From an uncultured Candidatus Saccharibacteria bacterium (GTDB lineage: Bacteria; Patescibacteriota; Doudnabacteria; UBA920; 2-01-FULL-46-14), in contig CAZMCQ010000005.1 of assembly GCA_964565195.1 (NCBI GenBank), positions 30,697-94,696 of the forward strand: a stretch of 64,000 nt of DNA. Direction: 5' to 3'. The translations under genes were made by a program, and so were the position numbers. Below are positions 1 to 10,191 of the stretch, one piece after another. Every line of letters starts with the position of its first letter. Position 1 is the first letter of the stretch. The notes below the pieces were generated by a model. That model saw only the letters and a program-made list of their open reading frames with translations, was not told the DNA's origin and did no database searches.

Positions 1-1
1 C

Positions 2-2020
2 GGTTTTGAGGTGCGCGACGTGCATCGTTCGCACTATGGCCGGCTCTGTCCGATCACCACGCCCGAAGGCCCGAACATTGGCCTGGTGGCGCACCTCGCT
101 TCTTACGCGCGCCTCAACGAGTTCGGGTTTATCGAGACGCCTTATCGGAAAGTTATCGCGGATCGAAACGGCCGCAAAAAGGTTACGGATGAGATCATCT
201 ACCTTGATGCCTACGAAGAAGAAAAGGCCGTGATCGCCCAGGCCAATACCCAAATTGATGAGCAGGGCTATTTCCTGGAAGAGCGCGCGCAGGTTCGGGT
301 GCACACCGAACCATCCCTGGCCGCAACGAATGAGATTGATTTTATGGACGTCTCGCCAAAACAGATCGTTTCGGTAACCACTTCGCTGATCCCGTTTCTG
401 GAACATGATGACGCGAACCGCGCGCTGATGGGCTCGAACATGCAGCGCCAGGCTGTGTCCTGCATCCAGCCGGAAGCGCCGCTCGTCGGGACAGGAGTCG
501 AGGAAAAAGCGGCTTTTGATTCCGGTCAGATCATTGTGTGTGAGGCCGATGGTACGGTGCAGTCCGTAACCGGCGACCGGCTTGTCGTGGCGGAAGCCGG
601 GGGGCTCAAGCGCGAGTATCCGCTTAAAAAGTTTTTGCGATCCAATACTTCCACCTCCATTAACCAGAAGCCGATTGTCAAGCGGGGGGACAAGGTGCTG
701 CGCGGCCAGGCGCTGGCGGATGGCCCGGCCACTGAAGATGGCGAGCTGGCGCTCGGCCAGAATGTGCTGGTCGCTTTTCTGTCCTGGGGCGGGTACAACT
801 ACGAAGACGCGGTGATTATCTCCTCGCGTCTTGTCGAGGAGGATCGTTACAGTTCAGTGCATATCGAGGATTTCAAAATTGACGTGCGGGATACCAAACT
901 GGGCCCCGAGATTGTGACGCGCGACATCCCGAACGTCGGCGAGGAAAAACTCAAAGATCTCGACGAGACTGGCGTGATCCGCATCGGCGCGCAGGTCAAG
1001 GCCGGCGACATTCTGGTCGGGAAAATCACGCCCAAGGGGGAGACGGATCTCACGGCCGAGGAAAAACTTTTGCGGGTGATCTTCGGGGAGAAGTCGCGCG
1101 ATGTCAAAGACACGTCGCTGACCTTGCCGCACGGTGAATACGGCAAGGTCGTGAACATCCGCGAATTCTCGCGCGACCGCGGCGACAAATTGCCGTCCGG
1201 CGTGATCCGGTCGATCCAGGTTTCCGTGGCGGTGTTGCGCAAGATTTCGGTTGGCGACAAGATGGCCGGCCGGCACGGCAACAAAGGCGTGATTTCCAAA
1301 ATTGTCCCGGTGGAGGATATGCCTTTTATGGCAGACGGGACGCCCGTGGATATTATATTAAATCCGTTAGGCGTAGCCTCGCGTATGAATTTGGGGCAAA
1401 TTTTAGAAACCCATTTGGGTTTGGCCGCGCATAAGCTTGGCTACAAGGCCGCGAGCCCGGCGCTGGACGGCGTGCCGGAAGGAGTAATCAAAGCTGAACT
1501 CAAGAAAGCCGGTTATCCCGAGGATGGCAAGGTCAAGCTGTATGACGGCAAGACCGGCGTACCGTTCGATGAGCGCGTTACCGTAGGGTACATTTATATG
1601 ATGAAATTGCATCACCTCGTGGATGACAAGATGCACGCGCGTTCCACTGGCCCTTATTCGCTTATTACGCAGCAGCCCTTGGGCGGCAAGGCCCAGTTTG
1701 GCGGCCAGCGCTTCGGCGAAATGGAAGTCTGGGCGCTCGAAGGCTACGGCGCAGCGCATACCCTGCAGGAGATGTTGACCATCAAATCCGACGACGTGGT
1801 TGGCCGCAGCAAGACTTATGAGTCGATTGTAAAGGGCGAACCGATCAAGACCCCGAATGTTCCGGAATCATTCCGCGTGCTCGTGAAAGAGCTCGAATCG
1901 CTCTGCCTTGATGTGAACCTGATTGGTGAGGAGACGGAGACCACTGCCGCCGCGGGCGAGATCGGCGAACTCACAACGCCAGAAGCCAATATGGAAGATA
2001 ATATTCGCATGCGCCATTAG
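2..2020 (+). CDS. rpoB: DNA-directed RNA polymerase beta subunit, 5'-truncated by the window edge
   Basis: The frame from nt 2 reads [29 protein letters not shown], then further conserved RpoB C-terminal blocks ([63 protein letters not shown]). rpoC follows directly. Confidence 0.95.
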   Translation, partial: GFEVRDVHRSHYGRLCPITTPEGPNIGLVAHLASYARLNEFGFIETPYRKVIADRNGRKKVTDEIIYLDAYEEEKAVIAQANTQIDEQGYFLEERAQVRVHTEPSLAATNEIDFMDVSPKQIVSVTTSLIPFLEHDDANRALMGSNMQRQAVSCIQPEAPLVGTGVEEKAAFDSGQIIVCEADGTVQSVTGDRLVVAEAGGLKREYPLKKFLRSNTSTSINQKPIVKRGDKVLRGQALADGPATEDGELALGQNVLVAFLSWGGYNYEDAVIISSRLVEEDRYSSVHIEDFKIDVRDTKLGPEIVTRDIPNVGEEKLKDLDETGVIRIGAQVKAGDILVGKITPKGETDLTAEEKLLRVIFGEKSRDVKDTSLTLPHGEYGKVVNIREFSRDRGDKLPSGVIRSIQVSVAVLRKISVGDKMAGRHGNKGVISKIVPVEDMPFMADGTPVDIILNPLGVASRMNLGQILETHLGLAAHKLGYKAASPALDGVPEGVIKAELKKAGYPEDGKVKLYDGKTGVPFDERVTVGYIYMMKLHHLVDDKMHARSTGPYSLITQQPLGGKAQFGGQRFGEMEVWALEGYGAAHTLQEMLTIKSDDVVGRSKTYESIVKGEPIKTPNVPESFRVLVKELESLCLDVNLIGEETETTAAAGEIGELTTPEANMEDNIRMRH

Positions 2021-2046
2021 CAGGCACTATTCGTAAGGGTATCAAC

Positions 2047-5000
2047 ATGTTTCAGAAAACTTCCGAATTCAAAGCCGTCCAGATCAAGCTCGCTTCACCC
2101 GAGAAGATTTTGGAGCAGTCCTATGGCGAGGTCACCAAACCGGAGACGATCAATTACCGTACCCAGCGGCCGGAAAAAGACGGGCTGTTTGACGAGAAAA
2201 TTTTCGGGCCAGTGAAGGACTGGGAGTGTTATTGCGGGAAGTACAAACGGATCCGCTACAAAGGCATCATTTGCGACAAGTGCGGCGTCGAAGTGACGCG
2301 CGCGCAAGTCCGCCGCGAGCGCATGGGACACATCGGCCTGGCCGTACCGGTGGCGCACATCTGGTTTCTCCGCGGCGTGCCCTCGCGCCTGGGCCTGATT
2401 TTGAATCTGTCCGTGCAGGATTTGGAGAAGGTGGTGTACTTTGCCTCTTACATCATCACGGAAATCGACGAGGAGGCGCGGGCCAATACCATGGAGCAGA
2501 TTGAAAAAGAGTACAAAATAAAACGAAAAGAGATTGAGGATCGTTACGCGCGGCTTATCGCGCGCGCCAAATCGGCCAGGATTGATAAGGCGGAAAATGC
2601 CGAGGTGGCCAGCGCGCGTATTGAGACCGAGGTACATAAACTTGAGGAGGGGGCGCAGCACGAGGCTGGCAATTTGGAAAAGATCCGCGATCTGGCACGC
2701 GCGGAACTTAAGTCCCTCAAAAAAATGCAGGTCATCTCCGAGCTCGAATACCGCGACCTGTCTTTGAAATACGGGCCAGTGTTCAAAGCAGGCATCGGCG
2801 CGGAAGGCATCATGCAGCTCGTGGCGCAGGCAGATTTGGAAAAGCTTGTTGCCGAACTGGAGCAGGAGCTCGTGGCCACCGAGGGCGCGGGGCGGCGCAA
2901 GATCATCAAGCGGATCAAGCTCGCGAAATCCCTGGTGAAGGCCGGCTCGCGGCCGGAATGGATGCTGATTTCCGCCTTGCCGGTCATTCCGCCGGACCTG
3001 CGGCCCATGGTCCAGCTTGACGGCGGCCGCTTTGCCGCATCAGATCTGAATGATCTCTACCGCCGCGTCATCAACCGTAACAATCGCCTGAAACGGCTTC
3101 TCGAGATCAATGCGCCGGAGGTCATCACCCGCAACGAAAAGCGGATGCTGCAGGAGGCGGTGGATGCGCTCATCGACAACTCCATCCGGCACGGCAAAGA
3201 GGTCACGGCCTCGACCGGCCAGCGGCGCAAACTCCGTTCGCTGGCGGACATGCTCAAAGGCAAGCAGGGCCGGTTTCGCCAGAACCTCCTGGGCAAGCGC
3301 GTGGACTATTCCGGCCGCTCCGTGATCGTCGTGGGGCCGGAGCTCAAACTGCACCAGTGCGGGTTGCCAAAACGCATGGCCCTCGAGCTGTTCAAACCCT
3401 TTGTCATTTCCAAGCTCATTGGCCGTGAATTTGCCCACAACGTGCGCTCCGCGAACCGGCTCATCGAGCAGGAGCGCGCCGAGGTTTATGATATTCTGGA
3501 AGAAGTCACCAAAGATCACTACGTTTTATTAAACCGCGCCCCGACCCTGCACCGCCTTGGGTTTCAGGCTTTCCAGCCAGTGCTCGTCGAGGGCAAGGCC
3601 ATCCAGATTCACCCCATGGTCTGCCAGGCCTTCAACGCAGATTTTGACGGCGACCAGATGGCCGTGCATGTGCCGCTCACCACCCAGGCCCAATTTGAGG
3701 CGCGCGAGATGATGTCTTCGTCGCGGAATCTCCTCAAACCTGCCTCCGGCGAGCCGATCATGACGCCGGATAAGGACGTGGTCCTGGGCTGCTATTATAT
3801 TACCGAGATCAAATCCAGCGCCCTGGGTGAGGGCAAGGCCTTTGCCAGTTTTGAAGACACGCTGCTCGCGTACCAGTCCGGCGTTTTATCCCTGAAGGCG
3901 AAGATCAGGGTGCGTACCCGGGACGGCCTGCTCCAGACTTGCGCGGGTCGGATTTTGATCAACAACCTGCTGCCGCCGGAGATGCGCTTCATCAATGAGG
4001 TGATGGACAAGAAGCGCCTGCGCAACACGATTCGGGAATGTTATCGGCGGTTCGGCACCGAACGCACGGCCCAGCTCATTGACGAGGTGAAAAAACTGGG
4101 GTTTGCCGAGCTTACCCGTTCCGGACTTTCCTGGGGCATGGATGACCTCCGCGTCCCCCAGGAGAAGTACGCACTGTTGCAGAAGGCAGATTTGGAGGTC
4201 CAGAAGACCTATGAACAATACCGCGAGGGACTCCTGACCGACAGCGAACGCTATAACCGCGTCGTGGAAATCTGGATGGAGACGCAAAGCGCGATTACTG
4301 ATCAGGTGACGAAATCACTCGACCAGACGGGTTCGGTTTACTCCATGGTCTCCTCGGGCGCACGCGGGTCGCTTTCCCAGGTCTCGCAGATGACCGGTAT
4401 GAAGGGCCTGGTGGTGAATCCGGCCGGCGACATCATCGAGCTGCCGGTTCGGGACAGCTTCAAGGAAGGTTTATCCATTTTGGAATATTTTATTTCGACG
4501 CATGGCTCCCGTAAGGGCATGTCAGATACGGCGTTGCGCACCGCGGATGCCGGGTATCTCACGCGCCGGCTCGTGGACGTGGCGCAGGACGTGGTGGTGA
4601 ACGAAGAGGATTGCCGGACGAAAAAGGGCCTGCTCATCACCCGCGAAGCGACGCGGGAAATGGGCAAGACCATTGCCGAGCGGCTGTTTGGTCGGGTTCT
4701 GGCCGCGGATGCGGGCGACATTGGTAAACGCGGCCAGGCCGTGGATGATGTTCTGGCTGCTGCCCTGGACAAATCCGACCTGCAGGAATTTGTGGTCCGG
4801 TCAGTGTTGCACTGCGATCTCCGGCGCGGCGTCTGCGCGGCCTGCTATGGCTTTGACCTCGGCTTTAACCGGATGGTTGCTTTGGGTTCGGCCGTTGGCA
4901 TTGTGGCCGCGCAGGCCATTGGCGAGCCAGGCACGCAGCTCACCATGCGGACTTTCCACACCGGCGGCGTGGCCGGTCTCGACATCACCCAAGGGTTGCC

Positions 5001-5934
5001 CCGCGTTGAGGAACTTTTCGAGGCGCGCGCGCCGAAAGGGCAGGCGGTTGTCTCGGAAATAGACGGCCTGGCCTACCTTTCCAAACCAACGCATAAGGAA
5101 GTCGTAATCCGCGTGGAAACTCCGGACCTGCACAAAGACGAATACCTTTTACCGGTCGGGGTCAAACCGCAGCTTATTGATGGCGAGAACGTGAAAAAGG
5201 GCGAGCCGATTTTGGTGGATGAAAAAGGTCAGACGGTGAAGGCAAAAAACGCGGGTCTCGCGAAAATCGAAGCCCTGGAAGACGGCCAGAAGAAGATCGT
5301 CATCATTCGGGAAGCCGAAAATTTCCGTGAATACATGGTGCCGGCGAGCGTGGGACTGACCATCAATGACAAGGATCTGGTCACGCGCGGGCAGCAGCTT
5401 ACGGAAGGCAACCTCAATCTGCACCAGATCATGCAGCTTAAAAGCATTGAAGAATGCCAATCTTATATTATCCGCGAAGTGCAGGATATTTATTCCTCGC
5501 AAGGACAGAATATTGCTGACAAGCACATCGAGATCATTGTCAAGCAGATTTTTTCCAAGGTGCGGATCACTGATCCGGGCGATACGGAGCTTTTGGTCGG
5601 CGATGTGGTTGATAAGCTTCGTTTTGTGGATTTGAACCGCGAGATCGGCAAACAAAAAGGCCGCAAGGCCGAGGCCGAGCAGCTCCTCCTCGGCATCACC
5701 AAAGCGTCGCTCAATACCGAATCCTTCCTCGCGGCCGCGTCTTTCCAGGAAACCACGCGCGTCTTGATCGAAGCCGCCGTCACGGCGAAGATTGATTACC
5801 TCCGCGGGCTCAAGGAGAACGTCATCATCGGCAAGCTCATCCCGGCCGGCACCGGTTTTTCCAAAGAGCGCCTGCTCGACGTGGAAAAACAAATGGCCGA
5901 AGCCGCGGACACGGTCGTCAGCACCGAGGAATAA
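2047..5934 (+). CDS. rpoC: DNA-directed RNA polymerase beta' subunit
   Basis: 1295-aa ORF with the zinc finger CYCGKYKRIRYKGIICDKCGVEV, the NADFDGDQMAVHVP catalytic motif and the trigger loop region. Located 26 nt after rpoB. Confidence 0.97.
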   Translation: MFQKTSEFKAVQIKLASPEKILEQSYGEVTKPETINYRTQRPEKDGLFDEKIFGPVKDWECYCGKYKRIRYKGIICDKCGVEVTRAQVRRERMGHIGLAVPVAHIWFLRGVPSRLGLILNLSVQDLEKVVYFASYIITEIDEEARANTMEQIEKEYKIKRKEIEDRYARLIARAKSARIDKAENAEVASARIETEVHKLEEGAQHEAGNLEKIRDLARAELKSLKKMQVISELEYRDLSLKYGPVFKAGIGAEGIMQLVAQADLEKLVAELEQELVATEGAGRRKIIKRIKLAKSLVKAGSRPEWMLISALPVIPPDLRPMVQLDGGRFAASDLNDLYRRVINRNNRLKRLLEINAPEVITRNEKRMLQEAVDALIDNSIRHGKEVTASTGQRRKLRSLADMLKGKQGRFRQNLLGKRVDYSGRSVIVVGPELKLHQCGLPKRMALELFKPFVISKLIGREFAHNVRSANRLIEQERAEVYDILEEVTKDHYVLLNRAPTLHRLGFQAFQPVLVEGKAIQIHPMVCQAFNADFDGDQMAVHVPLTTQAQFEAREMMSSSRNLLKPASGEPIMTPDKDVVLGCYYITEIKSSALGEGKAFASFEDTLLAYQSGVLSLKAKIRVRTRDGLLQTCAGRILINNLLPPEMRFINEVMDKKRLRNTIRECYRRFGTERTAQLIDEVKKLGFAELTRSGLSWGMDDLRVPQEKYALLQKADLEVQKTYEQYREGLLTDSERYNRVVEIWMETQSAITDQVTKSLDQTGSVYSMVSSGARGSLSQVSQMTGMKGLVVNPAGDIIELPVRDSFKEGLSILEYFISTHGSRKGMSDTALRTADAGYLTRRLVDVAQDVVVNEEDCRTKKGLLITREATREMGKTIAERLFGRVLAADAGDIGKRGQAVDDVLAAALDKSDLQEFVVRSVLHCDLRRGVCAACYGFDLGFNRMVALGSAVGIVAAQAIGEPGTQLTMRTFHTGGVAGLDITQGLPRVEELFEARAPKGQAVVSEIDGLAYLSKPTHKEVVIRVETPDLHKDEYLLPVGVKPQLIDGENVKKGEPILVDEKGQTVKAKNAGLAKIEALEDGQKKIVIIREAENFREYMVPASVGLTINDKDLVTRGQQLTEGNLNLHQIMQLKSIEECQSYIIREVQDIYSSQGQNIADKHIEIIVKQIFSKVRITDPGDTELLVGDVVDKLRFVDLNREIGKQKGRKAEAEQLLLGITKASLNTESFLAAASFQETTRVLIEAAVTAKIDYLRGLKENVIIGKLIPAGTGFSKERLLDVEKQMAEAADTVVSTEE

Positions 5935-5952
5935 TTTTAGTGGTTTTTTTAT

Positions 5953-5990
5953 GTCTACAGACTATAGCAATTGCTATCGAGTGTAGACAA
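5953..5990. repeat. Nested palindromic element, copy A (TGTCTACA...ATAGCAATTGCTAT...TGTAGACA)
   Basis: Outer 8-bp inverted arms flank a perfect inner palindrome ATAGCAATTGCTAT. A T-run lies on the 5' side. A near-identical second copy sits at 28458..28495. Confidence 0.7.
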
Positions 5991-6004
5991 AAGAGATATA
6001 AGAC

Positions 6005-6611
6005 TTATAATGTTTGGAATTTTTTAGATAATATCCCTAGTTGTTTTTTGCGCATGATGAGGCGCGGGCCGGAGGCAATTATCTTTTTTGCAGCTTTTAA
6101 ATATTCTCTTGCGCGGGCTGGCTGGTCAGCGCGCAGGGCTTCAGCGAGGCGCATGTAGGCGCCGGAATGCCAGACATTGGCAGTGAAGGTGTCAAACTGG
6201 CCGAAATATTTTTTAACTTGATTCAATCCTTTTATCATCAGTTGCTCGCCTTTACTTTTTTGTCCGGCTAGATAGAGCGCGAACCCAAGATGGCCCGTCC
6301 AGTTTGTAGAAACTTGTGGCGAGTTTATAATTTCCATTTAACGCATGCATTTCTCCGACGATAAAAAGTGTGGTCGCGCTTTGCGCCAGCAATAATTGCG
6401 TTTCCGCGTCTTTGAGCGCGAGCATGGCCAGGTCAGGATTACGCGTCAATTGAAAGAGGTGTTTATAGATGTAGCTTCGGTGGCCAAAAGCAGAGGCAAG
6501 CGTTTTGTGATCGCGATCTTTTTGGAGCTGCCAAATGATCTTATTGACCAACAGAAAAGCCGCCTGGTGGCGGGCCTGTTCACGCAGCTTGGCTACTTGG
6601 GCTAGTCCCAT
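6005..6611 (-). pseudogene. TPR-repeat-like gene split into two overlapping frames (frameshift candidate)
   Basis: ORFs 6252..6611 and 6005..6337 are on the same strand in adjacent frames and overlap by 86 nt. Both show TPR-like periodicity (W..LG..Y..A, e.g. NWTGHLGFALYLAGQ). GC is about 46%, against about 58% in the flanks. Confidence 0.4.
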
Positions 6612-6618
6612 TGGTTTG

Positions 6619-6849
6619 TTATTTCATTCCGACTTTCTCTTCAAGTTTTTTGACGCGAACTTCGATGCGGTTGATATCGGCATAAAATGCTTTATCCAGC
6701 TTCGTCTCCACCAAACGCAGGCGATCATCAATTCCATCAACCTTTTTTTCCAGCCGTGCATGGTCATCTTTTGTGGCAGTGTTATCAAAACCAGCCTTGA
6801 TCATTTCGGCCAGATCATCCAGCGTTGTATTGTTATTTTTTTCAGCCAT
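6619..6849 (-). CDS. Small coiled-coil protein, paralog 1 (76 aa), function unknown
   Basis: GGAG lies 4 nt upstream of the ATG. The heptad-rich sequence ...LAEMIKAGFDNTATKDDHARLEKKVDGIDDRLRLVETKLDKAFYADINRIEV... is about 45% identical without gaps to the ORF at 28613..28855. The region is AT-rich. Confidence 0.6.
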   Translation of the reverse strand: MAEKNNNTTLDDLAEMIKAGFDNTATKDDHARLEKKVDGIDDRLRLVETKLDKAFYADINRIEVRVKKLEEKVGMK

Positions 6850-6880
6850 ATCTCCATATTAGAATGCTAAATAATTTTGG

Positions 6881-9013
6881 TCAAATTTCCGGCCATTTTT
6901 GGACCATTAGCAGATCATCCGAGAGATGCGACCAGATGTGTTCGGTCACGAACGGCATAATGGGGTGGAGGAGCTTGAGAACATTTATCAGGCAGTAGAG
7001 GAGAACCTTTTGCGTATTTTTATTCAATGCTTCGTCTTTGAGCTGCGGCTTTGATTCTTCAAGATAGATATCTGCGAAATTATGCCACGTGAATTGATAA
7101 ATTTCCTGGGCTGCCTCGTGGAGATTAAAATTTTCCAAAGCTGCGGTGACCTTTTGTTTTGTTGATTCCAAACCGGCGAGGATTTTTTTGTCGGCCTCGG
7201 TTTCTGCCTTTGGAATTTGGGATTTGATATTTGGATTTTGCAGGTTTGTTAATACAAACCTGCTGATGTTCCAGAGCTTGTTAGCAAAGTGCTTCATGCC
7301 TTTGATTTTATCCTCGGAGAGCGGGATGTCATTGCCCGCGGCGGTCGAAAAAATAAGCGCAAACCGCAAGGCGTCGGTGCCATAGGTATCGATGACGCCG
7401 AGCGGATCCACGACATTGCCGCGGCTTTTACTCATCTTTTGGCGGTCTTTATCGCGGACCAGGCCATGCAACAAAACTTTTTCAAAGGGAGGCTTGCCGG
7501 TTTTGTAATATGATAGCATGATCATCCGGGCAACCCAGAAAAACAGGATATCCCAGCCGGTTTCCATCACCTGTGTAGGATAAAAGATTTTAAAATCCTT
7601 TTCCGAATGCGCCATGAGCGTGGCATAGGGCCACTGGCCCGAGGAGAACCAGGTGTCAAAGGTATCCGGATCTTTTTCCAATTTTGACGATTTACACTTT
7701 GGACATTTATTGACTCTGTCTTGGAGATCCACGATTACCTCGCTGCAATTTTGGCAATATTTTACGGGAATCGGTATGCCCCACCAGATCTGGCGGGAGA
7801 TGGGCCAGTCGCGGATATTTTCCATCCAGTGCATGAAGATTTTTTCAAACCGCTTCGTGACGATTTGCACTTCTTTTTTCATGACTGCTTTTACCGCCCG
7901 GTCGCGCAAAGTCGTCATGCCCACAAACCACTGCGGGATGATTTGCGGCTCAATGATCGAGCCGCACTTGTAGCAAAGCTGGACATTGTGCTGGTATTTT
8001 TCATCAATTTTTTCGAGCAGTCCCTTCGCCTTGAGTTTTTCCACGATTTTCGGCCGCGCTTTGCTAATATGCAGGCCGGTGAATTCCCCGGCAATCGGCA
8101 GGAGCTTCCCTTTGCGGTCAATAATTTTTTCCATATCCAGATTGTGCCGCTGGGCGATTTCAAAATCTATCGGATCATGCGCCGGGGTGATGGTCATCAC
8201 GCCACTGCCGAATTCCATATCCACGGCCTTATCCTTGATTACCGTTGCGGTGATGGGTCCGTTGATCCATTCTAGCTCGATTTTTTGCCCATCCTTATAT
8301 TTTTTATATCGTTTATCATCAGGATGCATGACGACATATTTGTCACCGAATTTGGTTTCCGGACGGGCGGTAGCGATTGTGAATGGGCCATATTTCAGGT
8401 AATAAAAGGGCTCTTGGCGTTCCTCGTATTTGGTTTCGAGATCAGAAAGCGCGGTCTGATGGCGCGGACACCAGTTGCCGATACGGCCGGCGCGGTACAC
8501 GAGGCCATCGCGATACATCTGTTCAAAAGTTTCATAAATGATTTTAACAATTCGTTCGTCAAGCGTGAAGATGTTGCGGCTCCAGTCGCAGGATGAACCC
8601 AGGCGCTTGATGCCCTCTTCAGAAATGTGTTTATTCTGCTGAACAAAATCCCAAATTTCTTTGTAAAATTCTTCGCGCGTCATCGCAAAGCGCGAGCGAC
8701 CTTCTTTTTCCAGCTTTTTTTCGAAAACGACTTGCGTCTCAAAACCGGCATGATCTGTGCCGGGCAGCCACAGGGTTTTTCGGCCGCGCATGCGCTCAAA
8801 GCGGATCAAGATGTCCTGAATGGTGAGGCCCAAAGCGTGACCGACATGCAGCGGCGCATTGGCATTGGGCGGGGGCATTATTATAGTGTAGGGTTTGCCG
8901 GAAAGCTTGTCCGGATTAAAAAAACCCGAACGCTCCCAGCGCTGGTAGATTTTATTCTCGACTTCTTTGGGATTGTAGTTTTTCGGGAGATCTTTCATAA
9001 AAAACGTCGTCAT
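6881..9013 (-). CDS. valS: Valyl-tRNA synthetase (short form)
   Basis: Class I aaRS with PPPNANAPLHVGHALG (HIGH), KMSKSRGNVVDP (KMSKS) and the LWLPGTDHAGFETQ block typical of ValS. At 710 aa it is shorter than canonical ValS. Confidence 0.8.
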   Translation of the reverse strand: MTTFFMKDLPKNYNPKEVENKIYQRWERSGFFNPDKLSGKPYTIIMPPPNANAPLHVGHALGLTIQDILIRFERMRGRKTLWLPGTDHAGFETQVVFEKKLEKEGRSRFAMTREEFYKEIWDFVQQNKHISEEGIKRLGSSCDWSRNIFTLDERIVKIIYETFEQMYRDGLVYRAGRIGNWCPRHQTALSDLETKYEERQEPFYYLKYGPFTIATARPETKFGDKYVVMHPDDKRYKKYKDGQKIELEWINGPITATVIKDKAVDMEFGSGVMTITPAHDPIDFEIAQRHNLDMEKIIDRKGKLLPIAGEFTGLHISKARPKIVEKLKAKGLLEKIDEKYQHNVQLCYKCGSIIEPQIIPQWFVGMTTLRDRAVKAVMKKEVQIVTKRFEKIFMHWMENIRDWPISRQIWWGIPIPVKYCQNCSEVIVDLQDRVNKCPKCKSSKLEKDPDTFDTWFSSGQWPYATLMAHSEKDFKIFYPTQVMETGWDILFFWVARMIMLSYYKTGKPPFEKVLLHGLVRDKDRQKMSKSRGNVVDPLGVIDTYGTDALRFALIFSTAAGNDIPLSEDKIKGMKHFANKLWNISRFVLTNLQNPNIKSQIPKAETEADKKILAGLESTKQKVTAALENFNLHEAAQEIYQFTWHNFADIYLEESKPQLKDEALNKNTQKVLLYCLINVLKLLHPIMPFVTEHIWSHLSDDLLMVQKWPEI

Positions 9014-9066
9014 TCTGAACGAAGTAAAGAATCTAGATTCTTCGTCTCTTTGATCCTCAGAATGAC
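9008..9066 (-). promoter_or_regulatory. Nested inverted repeat spanning the valS start codon and 5' leader
   Basis: Outer arms gtcattctga / tcagaatgac, middle arms gaacgaag / cttcgtc, and a central perfect palindrome agaatctagattct. This fills the tsaD-valS spacer and includes the valS ATG (9011..9013). Confidence 0.45.
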
Positions 9067-9090
9067 AGCCCTTTTAGTATTTTACCATAA

Positions 9091-10191
9091 TTATCTCCAG
9101 GATTTTAATTCTAGATTTGGATTGGCCTTCACCTGGTCAAAAGTCCGAAGGTCGCGGTATCGATAATGATAACTCGCCGCGAGCGCGATCATGCCGGCGT
9201 TGTCAGTGGTGAGAGAAGAATTGGGAATTAGGAATTTGGAATTAGGGAAGAATTTTTTAATTGCAGCTTTCAGTTGATGCCGCAGTTTTTTATTGGCGGC
9301 CACGCCGCCGCCCAGGAGAATGGTTTTGACTTTGTATTCCCGCGCCGCGCGGATAGTCTTTGCGACCAATACATCGACAATGGCCCGCTCAAGCGAAGCG
9401 GCGATGTCGGCGCGCAGTTTGTCATCGCGAGGGCGGAGCCCGTGGCGATCTCGGGATTGCTTCCCCCGACCTTGCGTCGGGGTCGCAATGACATCATTAT
9501 ATAAATACAAAACCGCGGTCTTGAGGCCAGAAAAGGAAAAATCATAATTTTTTCGATCAAGCATCGGCCGCGGCAAATCAAATGCGCGCGGATTGCCTTG
9601 TTCCGCGAGCTTCGCAAGAGCGGGCCCGCCGGGATAAGGAAGCCCCAGCAGCTTGGCGACTTTGTCAAAACACTCGCCAGCCGCGTCATCCACTGTCTCG
9701 CCGATAATTTTGTATTGCCCGATCTTTTTGATTAGCACCAACATCGTATGCCCGCCGGAGACGATAAGGCCGAGGGCGGGAAAATAGGTTTTAGGAGATA
9801 GCTTATAGGTTATAGGAAGAGCGGACAGGAGATGGCCTTCCAAGTGGTTGATTGGAATGATTGGTTTGTTTAGCGCAAAGGCCAGGGCTTTGGCAGTATC
9901 CACGCCGATGCGAAGCGAGGTAACGAGGCCCGGGCCGATTGTGACAGCAATGGCATCAATTTCTCGGAGATGGACCCCCGCCTGCGCGAGGGCCTGCCTG
10001 ATTACAGGCAGGATTTTTAGGATATGGTTTCTGGCCGCGACTTCCGGCACAATGCCGCCAGTCTTGCGGTGGACCGCGATTTGCGAATAGATGATGTTGC
10101 TGCGGAGCTTCCCATCCGTCAAGACCGCGGCCGAGGTCTCATCCGCCGAGGTTTCAATGGCTAAGAGGGAAACTTTACGTTGTTTCTTCAT
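9091..10191 (-). CDS. tsaD: tRNA N6-adenosine threonylcarbamoyltransferase (Kae1/YgjD family)
   Basis: MKKQRKVSLLAIETSADETSAAVL... with the HLEGHLLSA metal-binding region. Start chosen at MKKQ (10189..10191) to avoid a 110-nt overlap with the upstream ABC gene. The C-terminal region contains an FPNSKFLIPNSS insertion encoded by the GGAATT repeat at 9221..9250. Confidence 0.85.
   Translation of the reverse strand: MKKQRKVSLLAIETSADETSAAVLTDGKLRSNIIYSQIAVHRKTGGIVPEVAARNHILKILPVIRQALAQAGVHLREIDAIAVTIGPGLVTSLRIGVDTAKALAFALNKPIIPINHLEGHLLSALPITYKLSPKTYFPALGLIVSGGHTMLVLIKKIGQYKIIGETVDDAAGECFDKVAKLLGLPYPGGPALAKLAEQGNPRAFDLPRPMLDRKNYDFSFSGLKTAVLYLYNDVIATPTQGRGKQSRDRHGLRPRDDKLRADIAASLERAIVDVLVAKTIRAAREYKVKTILLGGGVAANKKLRHQLKAAIKKFFPNSKFLIPNSSLTTDNAGMIALAASYHYRYRDLRTFDQVKANPNLELKSWR

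Noticed and set aside
2095-5892. Numerous ORFs antisense or out-of-frame within rpoB/rpoC (e.g. 2095..2661 -, 5149..5892 -)
   Set aside because: They are embedded in highly conserved rpoB and rpoC reading frames and are high-GC antisense artefacts.
5935-6000. Palindromic element A as the rpoBC operon terminator
   Set aside because: The T-run precedes rather than follows the stem on the + strand, and no U-tract follows on either strand. An identical core is found at a second locus, so it is a repeat element rather than a classical terminator.
5935-6880. AT-rich islets considered as prophage or IS insertions
   Set aside because: There is no integrase, transposase, terminal inverted repeats, target-site duplications or attachment-site-like tRNA junctions in or next to either islet.
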